64,000 nt of DNA from Ascidiella aspersa (lineage: Eukaryota), in NCBI GenBank assembly GCA_963924565.1, contig OZ004609.1:27900001-27964000 (forward strand). The letters are read 5' to 3'. This document shows, one piece after another, positions 37,877-51,399 of the stretch. The number at the start of each line of letters is the position of its first letter. The stretch's first letter is position 1. The translations under genes and the position numbers were made by a program. The notes under the pieces were generated by a model. That model did no database searches. It worked only from the letters and a program-made list of their open reading frames with translations, and was not told the origin of the DNA.

Positions 37877-40499
37877 TCATACACTGCTTTCTTTGTGCAT
37901 TAATCAATCAATGAAATCAAGTTTTTTTAGCGCACATAAGAAATATCTTCCCTGAGAATGTAGCGAAAAAGCTTGATTGTTATTGAAAACATTGCGCCTA
38001 AAAATGGCAACCAAACCTCACATGTAAAAATACCCAATAATAACGCAAAGGTGTGTGATTATTCACTTTGAAACGTAAGATTTAATCGTCACCTATAACT
38101 CTTTTCGTAGCCGCCAACAGCAAAATCATCGCGCTCGCAACAAATAGATCACTATTTGCGCTCGAGTCGGCCAGAAACACCAAATTTCCTATCGAAAGTT
38201 AATCCCAAAGCAACCAAACATCCCGAAAATCAGCATAAAACATCACTAAACTCAAACGTAACAATTCTACTTACGTTTTACTTGCAAACAAATGTTCTCT
38301 TTTTTGGTGCTGAAAATATGGCAGCTTTACTATAGTAAAAAACGAAAATACTTTTGAAGTAAGTGGATTCACATCGGTAATGTAAGTTCAAACAAATGCA
38401 ATTTATTTGAAGCTTAAACCATCATCTGAAATTATTTTTGGTATACTTTGCCTGGTAGCAACAGCATATTTAATCATCGCGAGTTCCTTGTTTTGGAAAG
38501 GTCTAAATAAGCTAATGTCACGCTTCTGTTAGCGCACTGCTGACACTATTTTAAATAAAATTAGTTACAATAAGTTTCACTCAATTAATTCAATTATTAG
38601 CATATCAAGAACAAAACAAAAAACTAAAACGGGAAGCCGTATAGTTTGGTCGCAATACGTCTGAAAGATCCGCTGTCTTTTAGTAAAAATATTGTATTTT
38701 CCTGAGCTTTTACGCAGAACCGTTGCGCTTTTCCAATTTGTTACCTGAAGGATATGTTTTCTTAGAACACAATTGTAATGAAATTACTTAAACGTCAGAT
38801 TTCGGAGGTATTAGGTAACTCCACTGAGGCTCTTTGTCTTTACTATAGCCCCTTAGCACCAAAACCTATGCCCATAAAATATCATCTCCAAAGAGTGCGG
38901 AAGTGTTTTAAGGAGGGGGTGGGTGTAGACAATGAGATAAAACAGAACAAGGTGAATGACTGGAGCTAATTTATCAATATAAGAAAACTTTATAAACACC
39001 AAATTTTAAGCAAATGTGAGTACGGCAATAAGTTTTACCGTGATTTGTATCAGTTTTCCTTTTAAAGTTGCTACTGTATTAAGTTAGAGCAGTGCACTAC
39101 TTTTTGAAAAAGTGTTGCCTTTTTTTTCTGGGTTTTTGCGTTTACCTGTGTTTTATTGCTGATAGTTTTATAGCAATCCTCTGGTAACGGGAGATTCCAT
39201 AAATTTTCGATTTCACCTTTTCGAAATTAAAAAATGTGATCGTCTTTAAAAGTTATATTTTTATATTTTGGCGAAAGGTTGCTTGTTTTTTTATATTGCC
39301 TGACATATAGTTTTATAACTATTAACAAAAAAGAAAATCAATCAATGTATTGTCTTGGTTCGCTATATTTACTGACCTAAAGAGTATTACATAGACATTG
39401 CTTACTTTTAGGTTATGTGACTAAATATACCTTCAAATTATGTATCTATCGATCGTGAAATTCACTTAGTTGCATATCAACAATTGTGTTGCTTTGGTGT
39501 GGTTCTTTTACAAAAATGAACGTTCAAATATGTAAGGCGATTACGTAACACGGCAATAACAAAAATGCGTTTTTTTTTAGTTTCCAACCTTGCTGTTCGA
39601 AAATAGCATTTAAAAGTTGTAAAATAATACAAAAAAATTAACTTAATTTAATAAAAACTGTAATATTAAGTAGCATTGTCGAATCATGTATAGGACAATT
39701 AGTGTAGTAATTGTGAAAATCTGCATTAATTCGCGACTATAGTAAACAGCTTTGACAACATCTGCGCAATGCCTATTTACGCAAGACGTGCTTTTATATG
39801 GCGGAAAATACAGAGTAATTAGTATCACATGCAATACACTTTGTTACTGACAAAAAAAAAGAAATTGCGTTGCACAAATCTGTCAGGGATTTGGAAAATA
39901 TAACTTTTTAAGGCAAAATGTTTTATCCACTACGATCTCAAATATTGCACCTACCAACAATTAGCACTACAGTCACACGTATTACATAGCGGTTAACATG
40001 GGGTTAACCTTCAGGTTTAAACAGGAATGGTTACGGGAGTTTATACTCAATCGCCTATAGGCCTTCAGAAAGACCCACATAAATTAATAAGTCTTGAACG
40101 ATTAGGTTTTTGTAATTACTGCATGATATTATGAAGTAAGGTTGTATGTGATATAAGTGTATGCTTATATACAAGCTTAAAGTTGTTAGTGTGACGAGCT
40201 TATCATGCGCGCAATGGAACGAAACTCGCAGTTGTTAAACAATGCATGCGAACCACTTAGCTGGCCTGAAATTTATACAAAAAACATTAAGTTGAGGTTG
40301 TTCAAGAGAGTTAGCCTACTGCAAAAAGCAGGTTAAGGAGCGTTAAGCAAATACACAGTTTTCCTCTGTGTTAGGCCAGCTCTCGTCTATTACAACAGCG
40401 TCGACCGGACCGCGACAAGGAGGTTTTCGCAAGAGCGGCGCTACGGACCAAGTGCGCGCGCGCCGGCTGCCACAGTCCATAAAAATCGCAGTCACTTGT

Positions 40500-43400
40500 T
40501 CACTTGAGCAGTGAGAGCACGGAGTCGATCTTGTCGCGCGCGGGTGAGGAAATAGCCAGGCGCGCTCGCTCCTCAGCCGAGTGCATGAGGTAGAGCTTCC
40601 AGGCGATCAGATTCATCCAGTCCGATTTCTCGCCTGGCGTCACAGCGTACATGTAGTAGGTGCGGTCGCCGAACGTGAGCCTTCGAAATTAGAAAGGCAT
40701 AAGAAGTCTTGTAAACGACTTGGCGTGGCAGCTTTGAAAGCGGTTGGTGCCTTCGTATTTTTATAAGCACCCCGACGCTTGTTTTTCAAAGGGGCTTCTC
40801 AGATCTCTCGCTTTGTCCAGGGGTTGTGGGATGACATTATTTTTTAAAAGGTTGCGAGGCACTGAATTATTAGGGTGTTATTAAACGAGGTTCAAAATAA
40901 AAAATATATATATAAAACTAGAACAGTAGCGCCCATGACTTTGTTGGTCCCCTTAAACGGGTTGTTATCTACGTAGGATGTATAGCCTAAACTAAATAAA
41001 CACGTTGCACTTAAAGGATATTTTCATTCGAAGGATAATTTTCTTTGTGGAACAAAGAAAAACAAGTAACGCGATAATGCAGCAGCAATCAATGTACCCA
41101 ACTTACCCGAAGCAGTTTGGTTTGGATTGCGAACTGTTTTCGACGATCGAGGTACATTGTCGCAAATCCAACGTCGTTAATGCCTTTTCGTCCTATGCGT
41201 AATAAAATAGAACGAAGTAAATAACAAATTAAACAAAAAATGAACCATAAAAGTTCATACGCAGTATATGCAGCTTATACATACAAGAATGTATCCTGAT
41301 AAAATCAAATATATCGCAACATTGTTTTTGTTATTATTGAAGATATCGAATAAACCTATTTTGAGTTTTAATCAGTTCACATTGCATGCCCCGAGCAACC
41401 GCACTATTTCGGTAGGGTTTAATTGAGTATAAAAGCTAAGGAGACCAAAGAAGTTGTTCAAAAATATAAATTTATGTTTAAAATTTGCAGTAAATGATCG
41501 ACTTGATTAAACCTGTCAATTTCACTCCAATTAACTTTAACTTCATTGGCGTAGCTCAAATTTTGGCCTTCGTCCAAGTGCGATAATCTTTTCGTACAGG
41601 GTTGCGCTCAAAAAATATCATATGAATGATTGATAACATACACCAAAGCCCAAAACAATTTACATTATAGAAACTATAGATCACTTACGATCGGCTCGTC
41701 AAAGTATTTCATTTCGTTGCTTCGTAACGTGAACCATCGGATCTTCCAGCTCTGTAAATAGAGAATATGGTAAAAGTAAAACAACCGAATAAGAGATCGA
41801 CAAAATGAGTACAAGTGCTAGGTGAAGCAAAATATAAGGTGGCGAAAATTAGACCATTGCGGGTTACCAACCTACAGTTACAGCCAACGGTAAACAATAA
41901 ATAAAAATGCACCGATGTGGCAGACACTTCAACGCTGGAGGCACGTAACTAGCTCGTGTATAAACCACAACATCCAAAAGTCAATTTTTTAAAACATTGA
42001 TAAAATTGTTTTGGAGAAGACAAGTTTGCTTTTTAATTCACACTCAGTTCGACTTATTTTCCGCGTTAATAAATCATTGTAGTTCGGCTAAAAAAACAAT
42101 GAAAAGTCAAATTCAACCGCCCGTCAAAGCAATTTGCTTGAAATTATTACGACATAAAATGGCGTACGAACCTTAACGCTTCCGCCCCTCTTGGTGAGAA
42201 AGCCTTCCTTGTTAAGCAGACTGTTCTCCTCCCACTTTTTCTGCATGTCGTCACAGGCCACATAGGCCCTTTGCAACACTTGGGCCCGCTTGGCAGTGTC
42301 AATGGCCATCGTGGCTCCCTGGGCGATTTGAATGGCCGAGAACACGTCGTCGATGTCGGGGTGGTTGGACGGGGTGAACACCGCCAGAATCTGTAGAAAA
42401 TAGCAGTTTGTACCGTAACTCAGTGGTTCTCAACCGGGGTGCCATTTCTAATGTCCAAGGGTGCCGAGAGATATTTGAGAATTTTTAGGACTGATTTTTG
42501 CTCAACTCTTACAACGTTTTGTGTAAGATTAGAGTGGAATAAATTCAACTAAAACTTTCTATACATTGTGTGGAGTTGATTTGTTGCTCCAGCTCCGGTT
42601 ATTGTGACATTCCAGTGATTTACCTAGGGAAAAATCTTGTAGGGGTGCCGCAAGACATAAAAGTATGAGAACCATATGCCGTAACCAGTGGTTTCCAACC
42701 TGTTTTACACGTAGGAGAGCAGCTTTGGGATGATGTGAGGAGTTTAGGAAAAATAACACAAGTAAAATATTATCGGGTCTGCCGTAGGTTATAATATCTT
42801 GTTGTCACATTACTCAGATAATAACGTAAAATCTGCGGCTATTGGGAGTTTTATTTAAACATGTAAACTAAACTGGAATTGTTTTGTCTAAAACCGCCAG
42901 GTGATCCGCGGCCACAACGGTTGAGAATCATTTTAATTCATTATTGTCAGCTGAGGGCTTTGCCGGGAAATTGTAAACAAGCCTTTTGAAAGGAGTTTGC
43001 AACGCTCTCAGCACCAACAGTCGTTATCGTAATCAAGTGTGTGCAATATTAAACACGTTATCGTACGGATATTATCACAGTTTGTAATCATTTATACATA
43101 ATAGGAAAACCTTTTAACGCGACCGCCGACTGTCTATTATCAGATTTAAAATGCATTGCTCCCACGAGCAAATAACGTCCAGCAATGTGTAATATCCGCT
43201 TGAGCAATGCGTAGAGTTTCACAATATTATTGTTAGCATTTTGATTTTAGTTTCAATTCTGCATCTGGTATCTTGATATTCGCTTATGTACTGATTTTAC
43301 ACACTGTCAATCATAGAAGCCCTAAAATAAATAAATTAGAAAAATTAATATTCCGTCGAGTTATTTGGGAAGCAAATTTCACCTACTTCGGCAACATTCT

Positions 43401-46400
43401 AAAATTCAATTTTTTAAATGCCCCCTATCTGTAACGACTTTGGTGTCGTTGAGGAAAAGATATACCAGCCGTTATTTAAATACCAAGCCGTTGATATACC
43501 AACAATTGTTGTTGTTTAGATATACCAACCGTTGTTTGACATTTCCCTTGATTTAAATATTAGGTCGGTGCGCCATTACGAAGTCTATAATTGCCTTTTA
43601 ATAACAATTATTAAACAAGGGTAAAGCGCTTTAGACCGTATCAGTAAAAGGTTGGTTGCACTTTGTCGAGTGAAGTTTTTGTCACGCCCTACATGGTTTT
43701 GACATGTCACTGTAACACTGTCCGCTCTATTCGCTTACAAATTGGTAACTATTTAACCTTAACGCGTTGAAATTAACTAAAACCTTTGGGCTTTTTGTCT
43801 TTTGGATAAGAAACACAGGCAACCGACCCTAGTTCCGGTTGTTCGTCAAAAATGTCGATATAAGGTTTTAAAGTCGACATTTTGCTTTGGCAGATTTGTT
43901 TCGAGGAATATCCATGCGAAGCGGCTTGCTAATCAACCAGCTTTTGTGGTCTATGGAAAATATCGCGAGGGTTCAAGATGCCAACCGAGCTTCGTATAAG
44001 TCAGCAAACTTAGGCGCACAGTTTGAAAGGCGGAAGAGATGTTTCACGTGGGCGGTTTAACGAAATAATATGACTGGAAGGCGGTTGCTGAGTTTTTGTT
44101 TATGCGGAAGTGCAGGTTCGCACAGCGCTCAAAGTCCAGTGACCATACCGACACCGTTGTATGACTGTCAAAGATGAAATCACGTCCGCTAAAATTTGAT
44201 GCTTGATCAATATCGTTGTTTGTCCAAATTTCAAGAAACTTTATCCAAATATACACGCTGGCAATATCTAACTATAGCTCGCGTGTAAACTGGACAGATA
44301 AGACATTAACCCTGCAAATATCCAAAGCTCCAACTTATTGCTTTGGTATTTGTTTTCTTGTTCTTTTCCACTGCACTACTTTAAACAGCAAACTAACATG
44401 CAGTTGCGGGAAACGTAATAAGGTAAATAAATTTCGCACAAATCATTTGTACATCTTTAAATATATGACACAGGCTACCTCGCAAGATCTGAACATTAGA
44501 AGAAACTTTGTTATGCGTAATATTTTCCGAAAAAAACGGAGGTACGATATGGCAAAAGAGCCTGATGCTTTAAAAAAGAAACGAACACATGTCGGAAGAT
44601 TACATTAAGACAAACCAATGTGATTTTGAAAAGGTTATGGTATTTTGCTGAGTACTCGAGTCAGTGATACCACCCAATAAACTTCATATTATACCTTTAA
44701 CAGCACGCCGAGCTTGCAAATGTGGTGTAGCGGCCTGGCGAGCAAAGTACACAGCATCGTGGCCTCGTTTGTCGTAAATCCCACAAGTGGACCTTCCGTC
44801 GCCCATTTCTGGAGAATATAATAGTCGGCGTAATACCGGATCTTGTAGGGACATTGGTCCTCTTGTGAGAACATTAGCCGCGCGCCTGTTTTATAGTTAC
44901 CCTACATCAATGTGTTTTCACAATTTCCAATCTGTTTTAATAAAACTAATTCTACGACATGAACTGTGTCAAACAATTAGCCAAATAGTGTATAAACCAA
45001 ACACTGTTTTTTATTCCGTTTTTATACTTAACTGAACTTCTAAAATAGTTATATTTATACCCATCTTTATTGTTTTACACAAAATTAAAACTCGGTATTT
45101 ATCGTCTTGGCGTAAATGTTTGAAAATGCACAATCGTGGTTAGTCTGACTTATAGCGCAGCTCAGACAGTTGCCGTGCGATAATATGATTTAAATTCCTA
45201 CTTCCCAAATATCAAAATCTTACAGTACTGCAAGGACAGGCATACATCTTTCATGCGACACGTTTGTATTTGCAGTGTATGGATTTGTTATTTCCACGAT
45301 ATGTTTCTTTACCCAAAAAACTTAAAAAAAAATTTAAATGTAACTGTTAAAAAACAAAATTAGACTAAAAAAGTTAAGGAAACATTCCACACGTACCTTA
45401 AGTTTTGCTTTAAGCGTTGTCATATTCAGCAAGTCGGCTGCAACTTGCTCCGATCGAGTGTGGTTGGCGCAGTAGATTTCGTAAGTCCGGAACGAATCTC
45501 GCTGCGACAAAAAATAGTTTTAAGTGGGTTTTACGAAGTTGCTTGGTGGATTTCTACACGCGAAATATGGAAGCAAGCGTTGGTCTAATGAATAATGATA
45601 CGTTAAAAAAAATAAACATGAAGGGAAGACTGCACATAGCGCCAAGCCGACTTGTTCGCCTAAATCTGAGGATGCGGAGTAAAGGTGCCGGACAGGGAAC
45701 TCGACGGAGTCGGACTAGACCTTCGGGATTTAACTAATATTATATAAGACAGCATGCAGTAGTAATTTGAAGCCGACAATACAGCTCATTGTAAATCTTT
45801 AAGTTGGAATAGAATAAGGTGGAAACGAATAGAATAAGGTGGAATAGAATAAGGTGGAAGTCTGAATGGGTATAACGTTCTACTTTTTTCACAACAATTT
45901 TAGTTGTACGTTATTGTTTGACGTACAACGTATTTTGATTCAAATGAAGTATTAAAATACTTCATATCGCGACCGGAAAGCAATAAGTGAATAATCGTGC
46001 ATTAATTTTATTAGAATTCTGCGCGCTGCTAAAACAAACCAACTTAGATTATAAAAATCGTTTCATTGACCGCCCATTGAATGACATTCTGAATGCACTA
46101 TTGTCTGATTAATTCTGCTGCGGTTAGCGGGCGACAAAATTACTGCAATTAATCGACAAAATCGCGGAAAGCGGGTCAGACAGCTCATTGGTCAAACGCG
46201 TCATCACAAAATGCGAATAAACTGGATATGCGTCATTCGTGATGACGTCAGCGTTCCGGTTCTGAGGCAAAAAAACAAAAACAATTGACAGCAATGATCG
46301 CGTGTAGGCCTCTACTGACAAATAGTAATCGTTTTTTTTGTCCATTCTTTGTGTTAGCCTTATCGGTTACCATAACAAGGCTATACCTTTCGTAAGTGCT

Positions 46401-49400
46401 GATTTTGAGGTAACGAATGTTCGACAATTTTAAAATAGTCATCCATTAATCGTCAAAAAGGTATAAGGTCAGTTTCGATCCAATTGGAGTCATATCATAT
46501 TTTTGACAACGAACTTTTTTGATTTACCAACGTTTTTAGGAGTTTAGGTATTTATAAGAAATTACGAAGAGAGGAGCCAATGTACATAAGTAGCATTTTG
46601 GTGAAAAAAATCAATAATCTGCTTTAAACCAATACCAGAAAATATAACAGCATTATAAAAAATAAATAAATATTAAAACATGAACATTTCACAACTCGGC
46701 ATATTTTTTTATTTTCAAATGTTTCTGCAACAACTTATTCAAATCTTTGTAAATGGCCGGGTTTGTTGAATTCTAAATAAAGGAATCCGGTGGCACTATA
46801 CGCAAAGACAAATTGTATTTAATTATCGACAAGCTTTCGTACAACCGTGCTTCATCGAGTCAAAGTATAAATGCGACCAACTTATTTAAAAGGCCATTAT
46901 ATTTGTACTGTAATGACACTATGGTGCTGCCCAAACTATTTGCCGGCTTCTCCACATTTCAACTTACCACTTTCACAAAGACTCCGCCTGCTCGCGATTC
47001 GGCCATTTTCCGGTAATAATCCTCCGTCGTCAGCTGTCCGCCCTCCTGACTTCCCAGGAGCTCCTCCAGGGCGAAGAGGATCTTCTCGTGGAGATCCAGG
47101 ACGTCGACGACGTTACCGAACAGCGCGCGCACGTGACCCTCGTCCACTTCGAACTCGATTTGCTCACAGCACTTGTCCAACTCGTCTTTCATCACCTGCG
47201 TACAAACTCGTCTTTCAACACCTGCGTTCAGGATGAAAAGGCGATTGACCAAAGCTCATCCAACGATTGGTGCAGCACGAAAACAACAGGGTCGCATTTG
47301 GAAGTGAATTGTGAAAAGGAAACACCAAGTTGGACAAATTCTGTATAGCTTTTGATACCTCTTTACATTTGCCTCCTTCCTTTAACAGATAAATAATTAA
47401 AACGAAATTTTTACACTTAAAGTTGCATGACCAGTTGTATTGATATAAGCCGACTTGCACATAATCCTAAAACTATACTTCAAAAATATTTTAGTATAAT
47501 GGACTTGGTTCGTTGACAACAAATGGCAAGACAAGTCAAATAAAGCAGTTGAATCCGGAAAAAAGCAAGGAAAAGTCGTTTCAAATCCTAGCAAATTTTT
47601 TTTCATAAAACCTTATTAGTCCAACTCGTCTTCCTTCACCTGCTTTCGTGGTAAAAAGCCGACTGGGAGTTAAGAGCGTTTGTGTTACTTTTGGAATCTA
47701 TTCCAAGTTGGTTGGTTAAGGACTAACTACAAGCCACTATCACAGGTTTTTGTATTCAATGCCAAAGCTTGAAAATCTAAGAAAATAACAAGAAAGTCGT
47801 TTCAAATTCACTTCAAGTTCAAGTCTACTTCATAAAAAACACATGTTAGTCCAAGTTATGTAAGCTTCATAGCTGGAAACAACACAATAATGCATAACTA
47901 TTGAACTTCAACTATAAAAAACACAATGAACTATAGCCATCATTCGTGAAAACTGTTTTTGTGTGAAAAATAAAATAAAAAGCAACTTGTATTCGCCCAT
48001 GTCGCAAAACGTCACTATACAAAAATGCCATACACACAAAGTTCGACCTTCTTTATTATGCTGGTAACAAACGTTTTATGCAAGCGGTTATTCCATTTAA
48101 TGTCAGATCTTACACCATTTGTTTACCATACATCACTTTTTTTCAAATTTGTCAACATTTCATTTTACCCGTATTAAAACGCCAGACCTTCGTGTGTGTG
48201 TATAACTATGTATATTACCCTTGGTAGGGTGTATTAATAAATGGTTGTGTATGTCTTCTTTGCTTTAGGTAAGAACCAAATTTGTTTGCACTAGCCTTTC
48301 GCTTTTAATGTAGGCTGCCCTTGAATACACCACACGTGACACGCAGTAAATGTTTTGCCCTATGTTCTCAGTTGCTTCTCTTTTAAAAACTGTGCATTCA
48401 AAGCTTTCTCTATAGCCATAGGTTATGCAAATTTGCCCCGCCGTCAACCTTTTACGCTAAATGCCATTATAGAAACGCATTAAGAATCACATATCAGCCG
48501 GGAAATATGTAACATTTGCTCTCACATGCGCTGTTCCCTCTAAGAAATGTTCGTCTTGAACAAATAATTATTTTAGTGAATATGAATGTTTTAAAGTTGA
48601 GAGAGCAAAATCGTAAATCAATTACAAACTCTGCGAATTTGTAGAATTATTTTTCATTAAAGTGTACGAAAAGTACACATTCAATAGTTTGCCCTTGTTT
48701 TAGTTAAATGTTAATTGTTGAATCTTGATAGAGAGAACTTGTAGGTTGTAGGCAAGTGGTAATTTCTACTGCGCTTATCTGGTTGTGCTGCAGTGGGAGC
48801 ACTGTACACACGCCTCCTGAATAGCAGACCTTATACCCAGTCACACGATAGGCGTGCGTGGAAAAAATGTCTCACTCGAGATCGGCGCGCAAATTATTCG
48901 CGTCCCGAAAAACTCCTGCTTTCGCACTAACGTGACTTACGGCACGGATTCGCATTCGATCGCGGAGGACCTGTGACTATGTATGACGTACCAGGGGCCC
49001 ATTTTTCATTTTTTGCTCCAAAAAGGAAACGCGTTGTGGCACAAGTGTACACTCTACGTCACTGCCGGAAAATAAGTTGCAGGGGTAAGCAGTACGTTGG
49101 GTGAGTCAGACACGCCTCTGCTGGTAAACGCACGTGTGCGGAACCGTGGTTCGAATGTACCTTTACCAAACCCTTCCACTTTCCAGGTTATTGCAATTCT
49201 CAGTCACTTTTCACTAATGGTCAAATTGGATCACACATTGACTTGAGCTATTGCGACCCACACTAGTTTTATTACAAATCAACTACAGATTATAGCATTT
49301 GTCTTGAAACTTTTGTTGAAAATACACTTTAGTCAGAGGCAACGTTCTCAAAATTAATTCATCAAAGAAATTGGAACCTCAGTTTGAAATAAAATTTCAT

Positions 49401-49849
49401 ACACAACTTCACAACGGAAATGGCGGCATCCTTTTGTTGAGAAAGATTAAGAAAATTACAAAAGGAGTAGCGTTGTTGACGTAACAAGCCGGAAAGAGGC
49501 CAATATTTATCAAAAAAAAAACACGCCCAAATACGTCCAGTAAAAACTGATCTAAAGAATAGGCTATAACAAGTAATTCAATTCCGTTGAATTTAAAACA
49601 CAACTTCCCTAAACCGGGACATGTTGTTGTATTCCAACCGGTTTCTTATTAGGCAAACCGTAACCCTTCTCAAGAAACACATATACTTACATCAACAACG
49701 TAGTGCAGGACTTTCACATATTCCTTCTCGTGTTGTACGATTTCTTCTATGACCGAGCACCGGATTCGGGCTTGTTTCCCAAGGTCAGCAAAGGTCGTCG
49801 ACAGGACCTCGCACGTGGCAGGGCCAGAACCGTTTTGCATGTTTACCAT
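40500..49849 (-). CDS. DH (RhoGEF-fold, P-Rex-like, degenerate) plus DAPP1/Bam32-type PH domain protein; 8 exons, 384 aa
   Basis: Exons 49849-49691, 47195-46968, 45501-45397, 44808-44695, 42390-42172, 41751-41689, 41192-41107, 40680-40500 total 1155 nt, all GT-AG, open to TGA. DH: RCSVIEEIVQHEKEYVKVL, LFGNV.D.L.LH, FRTYEIYCANH, LL.RPLHHICK..LLK, HPD. PH: KEGFLTKRGGSVKSWKIRWFTL..EMKYF..LDL.QC..NCF.LTF.DRTYYM.A..W..LIAWKL. Confidence 0.9.
42421..42930. mobile_element. Compound hAT MITE (two left ends, one right end)
   Basis: CAGTGGTTCTCAACC at 42421, CAGTGGTTTCCAACC at 42686, GGTTGAGAATCA at ~42919-42930; GGTGCCG subterminal motifs. Confidence 0.6.
45806..45859. repeat. 15-bp tandem repeat x3 (GAATAGAATAAGGTG)
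   Basis: Read directly. Confidence 0.85.
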
Positions 49850-51399
49850 TGACTTAAGTCGCTTATAATTGCCAGGTGTTTGCTAAATTACTAAAAAAAA
49901 CAAAAATCTGGTAAAAGGACTGTCATATTCTTCCATTTGTGAGCGTAAATACAGTCGTACAACTAATACAGCGATTCACAATGTTTATCAGCACTTGTGT
50001 AACTTCCTTGTTTTCTAAAGCTTCTTGTAAAACAGACTAGCTGTCTGTTGTTTACACAAAAACTAGCTATGCCGCCTGTTGTTTAAAGATAAAGGTATTT
50101 GTTAAGATTACTGTTTTAAAGTAACATCCAACAAGGTGATAGCATAATACCGTCTATGTACCAAACTAAACATAAAGTTACAACTTGTGGACGTAATCCG
50201 ATTAAAAGGCAAACCCTAGTGCCGACTCTTAAATTTTGTATTTAGATTATGAAGCAACATGGCTTCGTTTTTTATTACTCTTAGTACTTCCACATAAAAA
50301 CCCTCACTTTTGTTAATGTGCTAAGTATACTGAAAAGCTATATATCTATTTTGCTTAACTCAAAATTTTATAAACATTTCAGTAGTGCAAATCATAGACT
50401 TTACCCTGAAGCTATCTCGCTCGACACTGTTATAATCAATGGCTTATGTAGTACAGACATGATACTGCTAACATGTAACCAACATACTTGCTATTTTTAG
50501 AGATTAGCAATAGCGTTACTGTGTTTGCGTATATTTTGTTTCTAAAACTTGCAGTTTCGCTGTGACGTGTCAAATCATAATTTTTTTAAGGATGACTTCA
50601 CACAACTAAGCGAAATGACACGTTCTAACGATTGACAATTAAGTTGTTATTTATGTTCGTCTGTGTTTAAATTTTTCTTGTGAGAATAGAACAACAAATA
50701 GAAAGCTAAGCTATTGTTTTTTGCAAGTTTGCAATCAATATATAGTCAGCGCCCTTGAATACGATTGTTCCAGCTCTCGTATTTTACATTTTGCTGACAA
50801 CTTATTGGCAAGCAGAGCACTTCTTTGCCAATATACACCGAGGTGCTAAATATTTTTATCATTCCATTATAGAAAACCCCTCTTCAACAGACAATGTACA
50901 TGGCACAAGCACGTTCAGTCAATCACTGACTATCGACTGCTTCTGGCTACGGTTACCCGGTTTTGCTATGCTAATATACCTAATAGTGCCTGTAGGCTAG
51001 TCATGTGTTCGTCATATAGGCTGAAACGATAACATTTCCGCCGCAGAGCGACGGCCGTTGCAACGATTAGTGTTGTTTTCTTTCTAACAGTCATTTGTGC
51101 TATATTTGTAAAAACCAACAATAGAAGTATGGCAACCGCTAATTGTTGAATGAACTCTCGCATTGCTGGTTGCTACGATAAGAGGAATTACGTTATGGTG
51201 AGGCGAACATCATAACAGGTCGATATTAGTTGGCTGATTAGGGCGGGAATTTTAGAGGCGACAGAAACCACTGGTCTTACCTAAAAAAGATAAAATAGCT
51301 AAGCGGGCTTAACAATGTTTATTTTATCCTGGCGGTATATAAATGGTTTCGTTTTAATATTAGTTTAACGGGAAATACCCAACGGTATGCGAAAGGACA

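Noticed and set aside
40440-40502. Readthrough or selenocysteine at the DH-PH TGA
   Set aside because: No readthrough context (TGA-ACA), no SECIS recognised, and the PH domain is already complete.
50755-51163. Two short ORFs with hydrophobic, signal-peptide-like N-termini
   Set aside because: No splice partners, codon bias or recognisable motif; within a repeat-rich intergenic zone.
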